Assembly: GCA_965644295.1 (NCBI GenBank)
Contig: CBFFRP010000429.1
Location: 1-64,000 of the forward strand
Source: Paraphysomonas bandaiensis
Taxonomy: Eukaryota > Protista > Chrysophyceae
Reading direction: 5' to 3'
DNA length: 64,000 nucleotides
In this document: piece after piece, positions 1-12,711 of the stretch
Numbering within the stretch: the stretch's first letter is position 1
Layout: each line of letters begins with the position of its first letter
Position numbers and translations under genes: made by a program
The notes under the pieces: model-generated
Told to the model about the DNA's origin: nothing
Databases searched by the model: none
What the model saw: only the letters and a program-made list of their open reading frames with translations

Positions 1-425
1 TGATAGTGTGGAACTATTGAACTACAACCAACTACGTGCGTACTTGAAGTTTGGTAAAGCCAATCGCTAGTAGTTATCCTGTATTCTATGTAGCAATGAG
101 ATACAGAATATACATGACTACAGTATAGGAGTAGCTATTACAAGTATACAAAGAAACTGAAAATATAGTAGCTGTTAAAGATATGATTTGTAGAACAGAA
201 TGTTGATGTTGGTGAATGACGTGGTTCCTAACTCACAGTGCTACAACATCATAAACTTACTATATCTCCTATAATATCAATCAGTCAATATTGCACTAAC
301 TAAAAGCTTAAATTAATAGGAACACTGACACACTGTATGTATGAATACTTGTTACATCAACGAAAGAGCGATTTATGATTGTAGATAATATTGAATAAAT
401 GATACTACTGTATACACTCGATTAA

Positions 426-635
426 CTAATTCAGAATCCTGGGCCTCCACAAAGTTCTGCAGAGCCCTAGCCCAAAGGGACGCTCCCCTGATTAACCCCA
501 TGTGCACTTCCAGGACTCACACACGTCCACAGAGAGCATCTCCCTTACATACAAGAAAGGAAGTGGTCGCACCTTGGTGCTTGCAGCGAGGCACAAGCAG
601 CTTTCGTAGCGTTTTATAGTAGGATATGAGAATTT
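426..635 (+). mobile_element. Degenerate 5'-truncated 3' fragment of the non-LTR retrotransposon family at 33370-35910
   Basis: ctaattcagaat...cccaaaggga matches the ORF C-terminus (LIQN..PP...PKGR.PD) of the 33.6-35.9 kb element, with an internal stop. It is followed by the shared 3' UTR block gaagtggt.gcaccttggtgcttgc..cga..gcacaagcagctttcgtagcgtt..atagtaggata. Confidence 0.85.
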
Positions 636-995
636 TTACCAGTTAATGGCGGATTAACATCTTTGTCATGCATTGCCTATTAAGTATGTAGTATGTTGTC
701 AATAGTTTCTGAGTACTCTACAACCCAATTGGCATCTACCTGATGAAGACCAAAGAAGATTGCTGAAACTGCAACCAAAGAGCTCCCATAGCTCATTCTA
801 TATGTCCCAGTTTTAAGTAAATACCGCTGTTGATAACAGTATTTCTTGGAAACGAAAGAAATGAGACACTTGCTGAATACTAACAGAGAAGGGATAATAA
901 ATATTCGTATATCTTAATCAACATTATTACCTTCGTATAACATATAACGTCTAACTTCACTAGCTAAAACTGGAGTATATATTAAAATGCAGTTA

Positions 996-1417
996 TTAGC
1001 TCTTGAGGCTGTTCAGGTAAGTATTCATTTGGGCCACAACATCATCTAATGACTCAATGGATTCTAATTGCTGCTCATCAAGTGTCTCTCCAGCCTTTTG
1101 TCTGGATATTAAATTATCTATCTTTCTCATTTTCTTTTTAAGAGCTCGTAACACCTGATGATACATATTACATTTTAATATATATGCTATGGATACATAG
1201 TATTAACCTTGTCGTCTTCGGTCAACGTCGACTGATTTAACTGTGGCTCACTTGTAACTACGCGTTCTTTACGTTCGAATTTTCGTTTCCTGGTTACCCT
1301 TATATCTTGAATAGTTTTAGATTCTTCAATTTTTCTGGATAGCTTCCTCCTTTGTTTTTCGTTCGGTCTGGTGTCCGGCCGTTTCGTTCGAAGGTTTTTA
1401 GTTGTTGTATGCGGCAT
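996..1417 (-). CDS. Small basic coiled-coil protein, 2 exons; C-terminus resembles the 'KKLRxI..L..GE.L...QL.KI' module of eIF2A/PYM1-type proteins
   Basis: MPHTTTKNLRTK...EDDK, then a GT-AG intron at about 1157-1207, then VLRALKKKMRKIDNLISRQKAGETLDEQQLESIESLDDVVAQMNTYLNSLKS*. Confidence 0.7.
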
Positions 1418-1835
1418 TGTCACTATTACGCTTACCACAAATTCTTATTGAACGTAAGCAATGTTGGTAGGAGTCGATTATATACTCCGGATGAAGTCCC
1501 TGTTGATGTAATGAGTGTGTTTTACGTGAGCTGGTGCATGTACTGCTGCAGTGTATGCTGATGTGTTCCAGCACAAATAATTGTTGGTTCGTGCAATGTC
1601 ATCGAATCAACCGACTTTCTCCGCCTATGTGTCTATTTCATTGGCTGGTTCCACAAAGCCGAAAACCTCAAAAAAACGCGTATAATTACTGTATATACCG
1701 GTATACTGTGAATACTGTATGTATAAGCACAGTTTAAATATAGCACAGTGTGACATGTGTATGTATATGAGCGGAGTGATATACGAGGAACAGGCAGCAT
1801 ATATCAGAGACAGTGTTCGGACTCCAACAACAGAT

Positions 1836-2965
1836 ATGGACCCGAGCAATGAGGTTCAAAAGAGTAAACTATCTCTCATTAAGAGCAGAAAGAAACGATC
1901 CACAGAGTCCTCTAGATCCTCAGAGTCGAATAACCAGATAACTACAGACACATCTGTCGACTCAGAGGGTCAGAAGTCAGACCAATCCGTGTTCAAGGCC
2001 ATGGAGGGCAATCACGACTCAAAGAGTGGTGAAATACCAGTGATGAGTGACGATACACCCTCTTCATCTACGAGTGCAGTCAAGGAAGCGACTGCGACTG
2101 GTCTTCCCAAATCAGCCCCTATCAGTTCGAATACTTCTCGACCGGCGGCCCCTAAATATGTTATCAAGTGGACTTGTGGCGAGTGTAATAATTCTTGTAT
2201 ACCGGTTCGATCAGAATCAAGATGTCTTTGGTAAGTGGAATGCATGTTTTGTAGTGATCCAAGTTTAACTTCCTGGCAGTGGTCATAGATACAAAGAGCA
2301 CAAAGCATCAACAGGCAGCAGTCCAGAGAATATCAAGTTTTCTTGTTCCTCGAAAAACTGTGCCTGTAAGCACTTTTTTTTTATAGTTGCTGAGGGGGCA
2401 TGGATACTGCGCTGCAGATGCAAGCATAAACATATTGATCATGATTGTGGTACGAAGCCATTTCTTTGTAAAAAGAATAAATGCCCATGTGTAGGGTTTG
2501 ACAGGTATTTTATTGGTTTTGATGTGATGCCATTATCGCTACTGGTATATATAACTATTATCTTGCATAAATCTGGCAAAGAATTCATAGTGAAGAGTAT
2601 GTTCTAGTTGAAATTGATGGTTGCCACATGTATACTGTGCTATTTATGTAGCTAGATTCGATTGTATTTCTTTTGCAAATATTTCGTTCTGCGATTGGTT
2701 CATGAGGTATATGTAAGTATGTAGCCGGATCTAATATGTAATTTTCAGTCCCTGGGTGTGTAATTGCGGGCATCCATGGGCTTCTCATAAACAATCTGTT
2801 GAGGAATCTGCTGGTGGCGATTTGCTCTCTCGTATGATGGCACTCAATGCCTTGGAGGGATCTGAAGTTAATGAAGAGGTAGCGGCAGATATGTTGAATG
2901 TTATGAGCAGCAATGCAATGAGTGATTTAGATATGATGAGAAGGAATGATGGGGACTTCAAGTGA
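1836..2965 (+). CDS. FAM221: FAM221-family Cys/His-rich protein, 3 exons
   Basis: Spliced product contains WTCGECNNSCIPVRSESRCLCGHRYKEH, CACKHFFFIVAEGAWILRCRCKHKHIDH and CPCVGFDSPWVCNCGHPWASH, the FAM221 Cys/His pattern. Confidence 0.75.
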
Positions 2966-4322
2966 ATCAATTTTCACGATTCACTTTGTCTCTTTTGTAG
3001 ATATCGTGGCTATTAGAGTATGTCATGGTGATGTGTACTTTGGAGCTGTTTGAATTACTGTCAGTCTCGAAATCTGACACATAGCTTGTTGGAATATGTA
3101 ATATGGTGATTGTTTGCATGCAATGTACGATCATGCCTAATGTAATAATGTACACAGAAAAAAGTAACTACAAAATGATATATTCTGCCTGACGAATTGA
3201 ACTAGCAAATGTTTATGAAATTATAAATTAAGATAGTTGCCTTCTCTAATATTATGTGTGGCTTACAAAGTACTATTTCTGCATTTTTAGCTGAACAAAC
3301 ATAAAATAGAGTTACTGATAAGAAAGTTGTGCTGCAACTAAAATAATGGTTTTAGCAAAGAGCATCCACAGATTGCGAGTAGCCCCCTCAGCGGAACCAC
3401 TATGTTATGCTTTAACGTACACTGATGTTATAAAAGCCGTATACGGGGCAGAGCAAAATTGTGTTATATAGATAATTTTGGTGTAAGTTTATAGTTTATA
3501 CATATATATGATTATGTCATAAACACCGACATCTTATAACGATAATGTATTGACAAACTGTCTTATTATTGCGCGCAACTATTGGTAGAGTGTTGATATT
3601 GTGATTCAAAATAGTATATGGAAAAGTTTATGCCTTATAGATATGTTGTAGGTAGTTGGAAAGTTTATGCCAGAGAAACATTATTGGCTGGCGCTATTTT
3701 CTTTGTTAAGTGTGTGTGTCACACACACTGGTCATTATTCTTCGCATTAATTACTGTCATTTCCACATGAGAAACACTATTCAACTTAAACAGCTATATG
3801 GTTGCATGGTTACTAAATAAGTATATTATACTGTTATACTGTACAAAGCCATTCAAGCTAAATACCATCTACTTTCGATATATTACAGTTGGAAGTATCT
3901 GAACTCAGATTCAACACGACGCTATTAATTTATAAATTTTTTGTTGTATCAATCATTGCATTTGCTGTAGGTATTGATTCACGTATATCTCTTAACGTAC
4001 GAATACAACATAACATGTGTAATGTGTACAATGAAGTATCAAATTCACTGAATAATTACCAAACTATATAAGATACGCGACTCTACAAGATACAGGTATG
4101 CGTCAGTGGTGCTAACGCTCTGTTGAAACATATTTTGCTATTATACTATTAGGCCTTGTCCTTCATGTGAAGTTTATATAGTCAATCTTTATCTCTAATA
4201 ATACGGAGTGTATCTATCTTTAATAAATTAATAGTGTGTTGAATCTATGTTCAGCTACACTTTCTTCCAAAAGTAAAATGTTGAAAGTTGATGGTATCAA
4301 GCAACCTTACGCATATAGTTAG

Positions 4323-4975
4323 CAGGGCTGCGTATCAATTAATTGTCAATTAATTGACGCAGGTTGTAGTCAATTATAATTGCAATTATTACTTGCTGTC
4401 TCAATTTCAACTATTGCAATTAACTGCAATTAATTGCAATTAATTGCAATTATTTAGTACTAAAATACACTAGCTGCGAATATAGCTACCTCAACTGTCA
4501 TTTCATTCTAGAGGCAACGATTCATGCGTAAAAACATAATTTGCACTAAATGTTGAGGAGTCAAGCTCTTGAGCAAGCCCGTCAGAACAATCGTAGCTCT
4601 ACTGAACAACCTCTCAACCTTATTGGTTGTGCTATGCAAGTGTTTCATCCGTAACGAGTTTGCTGGTTATGTCTTACTCGCTTCCGCTGCCTGCTACCAT
4701 CAAACAAACGTTGCGCTGCGTCGTCATTCGGAGCTAGACTCGCACCGTCATAATCTTCTTCTTCCTCATCGAACAATTATATTTTAGTTTGATCCTTTGC
4801 CGTCCGAGTTACGGCTTCGTTGCCACATTGAATCTTCACGACTGCCTTTTCGAAAGCAGCGTTATGAATAATAGCAGCACCGTCGCCCAGATGACGCTCA
4901 ACAATCGGGTGCATTATGAAGGGTTCGTCAATCAATGTGCAAACGTCGTGGAAGTGAAGCTGGTGTTAACCTTAC
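4323..4975 (-). mobile_element. Decayed hAT DNA transposon: one terminus plus transposase C-terminal remnant
   Basis: The minus strand at about 4488-4975 translates, with frameshifts and a stop, to ..HNAAFEKAVVKIQ..KHLHSTTNKVERLFSRATIVLTGLLKSLTPQHLVQIMFLRMNRCL*, a hAT dimerisation-domain motif. A CAGGGCTG terminus at 4323 is followed by CAATTAATTG subterminal repeats up to about 4455. Confidence 0.75.
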
Positions 4976-5450
4976 TTCTGTAATTGTACAACACTTATTT
5001 TTATAATGCAGGGCATAATATACATTTATATACTCTGTATATAAGTGGATAGTCCGATAGTCCTACAATTAGACTTTTAACACATTGGAACCAAACTCGA
5101 ATGATCGCATATGATTAGAAGCAAGTAGTCATCACTCACGGAAAATGTGGAGCCCCTTTCCTGCAGGACAAATCTCTATTGCAGCCTCTTCGTTGTTATT
5201 ATCATCATTTACTTTACTTACTATTAGTTAGTATGCCCAGTATACCACAAAAACCTTTAACTAGAGCATTTAATTGCTCACTATATGCAAAACTCAATCG
5301 TAATTGGATATATACTTAGGTTAATGCTACTTACTCAACAAACGTCAATCGAAATAAAAACATCAATACGGTTTAGCGTCATCGTAACCAGATATCTTTG
5401 AAACGAACCCAACAAAGAGTTCATACAAGCTTATCTCTTGCCACGGCACA

Positions 5451-7886
5451 CTATAATGTCGCGTCGTTGCCACGCAACTCTGCCTTTTTAGTCCTCGGAC
5501 TTTTCTCATTTTCATCAATATTTTCCTCTGTTACCGTCATCCTCTCACTCACTAAAAACCGAATGGTCCCAATGAGAATTTCCATACGCGGTTTCAATTC
5601 ATGTGGAGCACTCTTCTGCTGTGGCGGACTCAGCCTGCAATACAAATTATGGAATCACTGAACAGAATAATAAGTAATTTGTAGTGTATATGTATATATA
5701 CAGAATACAATCCGGTGCAAAAAACTGTAGGACCTACCGATACCAAGTGCCATTTGTGCTTGCTTTGGTGGCATTCCCATCCGATATGAAAAACTTCCCT
5801 GCAAAGATGTTACAAACTAATATTATGCAGGGGATATATACAATACATACACAGTGGCAATATGCGACATTAGTAAACATTACAACACAGAACTACTACA
5901 CATGAGCTCACCGGATTCCCTATCCATTTCAATACGAGCATGCTCCTGAGATACAGCACTGTCGATGTTGCTTATTTTGTCGTCTTTGTTCTGATTAAGC
6001 ATTTTCGTTACATATATTTCAAATCTCTTGACATAGTAGTATGTCATAACTAATACACTAAAAAATAGCAATTCTGCTTTGTCCCTCACAAGAATGACTA
6101 AAGCGAGCACACATATCATTATTTACCGTATAAAAGCTAACGCTGTTAGTTGGTTTCCTGCCCAGTGTAGCACCATTCGCGTCAATTGTGTAGACCATAC
6201 CTACACACAAATATGTCAGAAACTCACAGCGCAAGTGTATCGAGGAACGACATCCATATATTCCAGTCAATATTACTACCCATACATTACATAAATTTAC
6301 ATTACGTGTTCACCACTATCGTGTATAAAACGTACCCATGAGGGGCGACCCCTCTGGGGCGAAGCATGCCAATGTCATAACAGTAGATGCATGTGTGGAC
6401 TCCACATCCTGATCATTTTCACTATCACTGTCGTCTTGTCCACGTTTCGACATGAGCATCTCCTTATAATCGTCCCTCGCATAGGAATGGGACTTTTTAG
6501 ACGGGGTAGCATCACGTGCCGCTTTAGCAGCCTCTCGGATTCTTTTCACTTTATTCTGAATCATAGCTGTGCGCTGCACTCTGAAAGCACACGTACACAC
6601 ATCAAAGACGTCATATAATCCTGCTATAAGCATATCGCTCCTGCAATGCTAATTCAGCACATAAATATAACACACCTGTCGCCTTCTGATGTATCTAAAC
6701 TCTCCAAACAGTGCAATAAGTCCTCAGCATCGCCCATGAGTGCCTCTAAGGAAACCATGCTCACGTCATCTGCAGCAGATTCACTAGTCGGGGAAGTGGG
6801 GAACTTGTCATCCGCAGCATCAACACGACTAGTGCGTGCACCCGTAATCTTGGTACAACTACCGATGATACTATCCACAACAAATTGGTGCTTCCCTAAC
6901 AAAATGATATCCCCTGTTGACATCCAACATCAGGTAGATCGACTTGGAAAATACAACTAAACATAATTAGGCTCGTACATACCGGCAATTAGCTCCTTTT
7001 TCTTTCCATATGGAATACGAACGTATGTACCACCAGCGCTGCCAAGATCTCGTATCGTGTAGTGTTTACCCACTCTATCGTAGCTCACCTAAATGTAAAG
7101 CACTGTGACACCACGCATGAATATGAAATGCAAGTACTCAGAAATTATAGGCAACGATACATAATTCTGAAGTACCAAAGCTCACCTCGAAATGCATTCG
7201 GGAAACAGTGTTATCGTCAGAAAAAAGCATAGGAGTACTGCCGCGCGCAAGAGTTGATGGATGAACTCGTCTACCTCCCACACATCCTCCCTCATTTATC
7301 TATACCACAAAAATTACAGAAGGCACCACAGCTTGCAATCCTTGAGTAGCTCGAATCAATGTATACCTGGAATATTTGATGATTCCATGATGATTCAGGG
7401 GGCCCCAAGCATTTTAAAATAAGAGATTTCTGGGCATAGATGTAAAACAACCGATTACTGTCCGTGTCGTCTTTCGTATACAACCCAGCTCCTCCCTAAG
7501 AGTACAAATAATCAGGGACATACAAGACCCAAAACGCCAACTTCACCTCCACAATGATGTCCTGAATGAGTTTGAGTATATTCAAATTCGGAACTGTAAC
7601 TTTACTCTACATACACACAGCGCATGTTACGCACAGTGACTTTCCACGAGTGAAACCATACAATTAAATCTCCAGTGCGAGGAGACGTGGAGTTACTCAT
7701 AAACCACTTCTCAATAGCATCTCGCTCATAGGTATGACCGTCTGAAGCTACCACAGGGTCTCTGAATAGTTCATATGTAATGGGACAGAGAAACTCATCC
7801 CGTATTCTCATTCCCTGTAAGCGTTTGGCTTTACCCACCTTACCATTCGAGTCATAGGCGGTAATAGCATCCGGAGATGTATCCAT
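5451..7886 (-). CDS. U-box E3 ligase with two FHA domains, multi-exon
   Basis: U-box: [45 protein letters not shown]1: [40 protein letters not shown]2: [28 protein letters not shown]. Confidence 0.8.
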
Positions 7887-8000
7887 GAGGCTTATTCTTG
7901 TAGTTTTATTATTGTGTAGGTTATCTGCACCTGACTATCTGATCCACTTCTCTAAAACAATACACATATACATACATAACCCTTTTAAAAAGACAAACAG

Positions 8001-8196
8001 ATACATACATACATACATACATACATACATACATACATACATACATACATACATACATACATACATACATACATACATACATACATACATACATACATAC
8101 ATACATACATACATACATACATACATACATACATACATACATACATACATACATACATACATACATACATACATACATACATACATACATACATAC
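8001..8196. repeat. (CATA)n microsatellite, about 49 units
   Basis: Perfect tetranucleotide run. It is the source of the spurious YIHT/MYVC ORFs. Confidence 0.98.
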
Positions 8197-8335
8197 GGAT
8201 ATGGATACGTATGGTATGATATGGTCGTAGTGTGGTATGGTGTGTAGAGATGGATGCAAATGCAGATTGTTTTGAGGTGATCAATCCTCACATCATCATA
8301 TACATACCCCTCGTACACCATCTGTTCAAACCCTC

Positions 8336-11300
8336 ATGTCTACCTCTCTGAAAGAGTTCCGGCTGGGTCCACGAACCACCTTCTCTCCTCTACAGGAGCT
8401 GAGCAAACAGCGAGATATGCTTCTTCCCTCTGTATGGTGTATATATCTGTATATCTCTCATGTAACCGCATACACAGGTTCTTAAGACCCCTTCTATTAA
8501 AGCTGTATCGAAGGAAGCTCTCGGGGCAGTGGCTGATCATCAGGAAATACAGAAATTATTTCCCTGTACTTATGGGAGGGCTCGAGTTTTGCTTGAGAGC
8601 GACACGCAGCCGACCCCCTCTAGACCCCTCCATATTGGAGTTATACTGAGTGGCGGACAGGCACCGGGTGGACATAATGTGATCTCTGGTATATACGATT
8701 TCATTAAAAAGGTGTCTCCTGAATCGCGCTTGATTGGATTTCTGAATGGTCCACAAGGCGTGTATAATGGTGAGTACTGTGTCATTGATGATGCTATGAT
8801 GGACAGTTACCGCAACTCGGGTGGGTTCGACATGATTGGTTCTGGCAGACACAAAATTGAAAAGCCCGAACATTTTGCTGCTGCCATGCAAAATTGTGTC
8901 CAATTAGAACTCACCGGACTGGTGGTGATCGGTGGTGACGACTCTAATACCAACGCGGCTGTGCTGGCTGAGTACTTTGAGGCGAATAACTGTCCTACCA
9001 AAGTATGTGGAGCACCGAAAACTATTGACGGAGACCTCAAAGTTGATCCGTATATACCGACGTCATTTGGTTTTGATACCGCTTGTCGCACATACTCTGA
9101 GCTAATTGGAAATGTTGGTCAAGACACACTATCAAGCCAGAAATACTATCACTTTATTCGTCTAATGGGAAGGGCTGCATCGAATATCGCGCTTGAGTGT
9201 GCCCTACAGACTCGTCCAAATGTATGCCTTATATCAGAAGAAGTAGAGGCAAAAAAAATGACTCTCTCTGAAATCACACATCAGGTGGGGCAAAATGGAA
9301 CGTTGATGGCATTGTATACGTGTTTCCCTTGTAGCCTGAGTTTTTTCATTATATGTTATCCGACATAAATTTTGTCGTTACCGCGATATAGGTAGTTGAT
9401 ACTATTGTCATGCGTTCTGAAGAAATGGGAAAGAACTATGGCGTTGTATTGTTACCAGAAGGACTTATTGAATTTCTACCGGAGTTCAATAGGCTCATAT
9501 CAGACATCAACGAGGTCCTCGCAGCAGGTATTTCACTTTTGGCGTTGTACTTATCTGTGTGCGTGCATGTGTGTATCTGACGTAAATAGTCAAAGTCTGT
9601 ACATATGACGTCATCATGTTCGTTTTAATATGAGTTCATACTAGGAACCGAAGCTACTGAGGAAGCTGTGTTGAAACAGCTGTCTTTTAACAATAGGGCG
9701 GTGTTTTCCTATCTCCCTGATAATATAAAGCAGCAGTTGTTGCTTGATAGAGACCCACATGGAAATGTTCAGGTGCAACACATGATTCATGGCTACGTGG
9801 TTTTCCGAGTATTTACCAGTGTACTGATATGTCCCTTCATTCTCTTTCAGGTGGCTAAAATTGAGACTGAGAAATTGTTAGCACAGACTGTGTCAGCTGA
9901 ATTAGATAACCTTGCCGCACACGGAAAATATACAGGACAGTTCGCACCACAATTCCACAGTTATGGGTACGAGGGCAGATCGTGTCTGCCATCTACGTTC
10001 GACTCAACTTATTGTTATGCTTTGGTACGGCTTTTGTGTGTCCACTGACTTACACAATAATTGTTATATACATGATGTACATTACTTCAAGCGTTTTATA
10101 CGACGTGAAGTGTTTTGATAAATTTCATTACAGGGTCAAAATGTGGCAGCACTTATTCATCTAGGTCTCAATGGTCTGATATCTTCTGTAACAAATCTTA
10201 CTGCTCCGGTTTCTGAATGGGTCTGTGGTGGCGTCCCGATTACAATGATGTGTCATATGGAGAGGCGCAAGGGACATATGAAGCCGGTCATCAAGAAGGC
10301 TCTCGTTGAGCTGGATGGTGTGCCATTTAATTGCTTCGCATCTCAACGCGCTGAATGGGCCAAATATGACCTTTATCGCAGCCCGGGACCGATACAATTC
10401 TTTGGTGGACATGATACTGTAGAGTTGAGTATAACACTTACTCTTGAACTGCTAAAGTTTGACCCACGTATGTCTGAGAGTGACTTAACTGCCGCTATCG
10501 CTATCGAAAACACTGCACAGCGTTACGGTAGCCATATACATGCACCGCTGCTTGGAAATTCCAATGTTGTTCACTCGACCATGCAACGAGAGCGAACTAA
10601 GTACAAACCTGCGCTTTGTCCAGCTCTGCACGAAAAAACTCCCGCGTTTTCTCGCTGTATGGCCGCTCAGCCTACACAGTGTATGAATGCTTTTGATCGA
10701 ACTATCCTTGGCGAACTTCTCCCTAACACTTATGGCTCACCGCTTGTAACTATCGATCATGTGCTAGGCGTCTCTGGTGGTGATTTTACCTTCCACCGAC
10801 AGAAAAAATCGAAAACTAGTTGTAGGTCATCTCCTGATGACCCTCTCATCGTTGGAGTGGTATTCTGCGGTCGCCAGGCGCCTGGAGGACATGATATCAT
10901 TGCGGGAGTACTTGATGCCCTTCCTGTTGGTTCCACTCTGCATGGATTTGTGGGGGGTACTGAAGGGCTCTTTGCAGGTCATTCTATTATGATCACAGAT
11001 GAAATTATGGCGAACTATAGAGCACAGGGGGGATTTGAACTATTAGGACGATCAGTGGACCGTATCCAGTCCGAGGAATCGTATAGAGCTGTTGCTAAGG
11101 TAAGATGTGGCAATGTTTTTATTGCACTATTTGCAAGTTTCTAATACTTTTTGTAGGTGTGTGAGGATCTGAAACTGGATGGTCTTGTACTACTTGGTGG
11201 CCCGCGTACTGCCACTGATGCGGCGTATCTTGCGGAGTACTTGCTGCAGGAGACCAACATTAACACTGCTGTTGTAACAGTCCCGCTGACAATTGATGGG

Positions 11301-12711
11301 TCCATAAAAAATCAGTTTGTAGAAACAACTGTTGGGTTTGATACCTCGTCGAAATGTACAGCGCAGATAGTCGGTAAGACTTGTTGGTATATATTAGTTA
11401 CGATACTTGTAATCTGATACATATGAAATTAAAATAACGAACATGTAGGCAACAATGCCACTGACGGTGCTTCCGCGAAAAAGTATTATTACTTTCAAAG
11501 ACTCATGGGACAAGAACCTTCGAATCTTGCCTTGGAGGTTGCGCTCAGTACGAAACCAAACTACACTATTCTCGCAGAAGAAGTTGAAGCCAATAACGTG
11601 ACTCTTGCCAGTATTGTGAAAGATATTGCTGACATGGTGGAAGAACGTGCAAAAGAAGGCAAGAATTATGGAAGGTAAGAAGCTGTACTCAGTTTCATCA
11701 CGGATATGAATAGACGCATCGGTTATATTTTTTTATTACGTTGATATCTTTTGTTGGTGTTGAGTTAATTGTCGCAGTGTCGTAATACCGGAAGGGCTAA
11801 TTGAATCGATTCCTGAGTTACGGCTTCTTTTACACGAGTTGGATGTTGTGTACAAGGATGCTGCCAATACAGGGATTCGGATAACTGGGGTATGAACACG
11901 AATTTTGTGAAGCATTTGTAACGCACCAATGTAGGATGTGTTAAAAGAGAAATTGACCTTGTGGAGTCGAGCTCTCTTAGAATCACTCCCTGAGTACATT
12001 CAAGTTCAGCTGATGCTCCAGCGCACTCACGCTAACAAAGTACAACTCTCTCAGGCTGAGACCGAACGGCTCCTAGCGCATTTCGTAGGCCTGGAACTCG
12101 ACTACAGAAAGAAGCAAGGAACCTATGTCGGAAGCTTTTCCGTGGTGTGCTCATTCATTGGGTACCAGGCACGCGGTGCCGCACCATCGAACTTTGATGT
12201 CACGTATGCTTACAACCTTGGGCATGTAGCGACAATTCTTGTCGCAAATGAGTTTACAGGTTACATGGCGACTCTAAATAATCTAAAAGAAGGGGTTGAG
12301 AACTGGCATGCTGGGGGAGTGCCGATATCTGCTCTGATGGCCACCAAATCAGGGAAGGGCAAGCCGGCTGTTTTGAGCTCTAAAATCGATTTCCATAGTG
12401 CAGCGTATAAAGCATACGCTGAAGGAAAGTCGCACTGGGCTGCAGTTGATATGTACGAGAATCCCGGCCCTTTGCAGTACTCGGGCCCCACTGCCGATGA
12501 CATTACCTGTACACTTCGACTGGAGTCGTTTGACTACCTGACCCGTATACAATCCCTTTATGGGGCACTGCAAAACATCACTGCGCAGTGTCGTCCAGGA
12601 TGTTCCTCGACTGTTCTCCAAATTGCCACAACTGATTTATCTGCCCTAACGGATATCTTGCAAATGGTTCATGACACAGAGGCCAGCCATGCAGCAGCCA
12701 TGCGGAAGTAA
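8336..12711 (+). CDS. PFP: Pyrophosphate-dependent phosphofructokinase, tandem beta-alpha fusion, multi-exon
   Basis: N-half: SGGQAPGGHN, GGFDMIGSGRHKI, GGDDSNTNA, PKTIDGDL, RLMGR, PEGL, DRDPHGNVQV, GYEGR, SPGPIQF. C-half repeats the fold with altered motifs (CGRQAPGGHD, GGPRT, PLTIDGS, MGQ, GYQARG, NPGPLQY). Start MSTSLKEF at 8336. Confidence 0.95.

Noticed and set aside
738-775. Hammerhead-ribozyme-like CTGATGA...GAAAC
   Set aside because: Stem II barely pairs and no stem I/III or cleavage triplet could be built; at most a decayed relic.
3710-3730. GTGTGTGT/ACACACAC hairpin
   Set aside because: Low-complexity dinucleotide inversion with no supporting context.
4330-4455. CRISPR-like or iteron-like repeat array
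   Set aside because: No unique spacers; explained as hAT subterminal repeats in a eukaryotic genome.
7885-8321. ORFs with YIHT/MYVC repeats
   Set aside because: Translations of the (CATA)n microsatellite.
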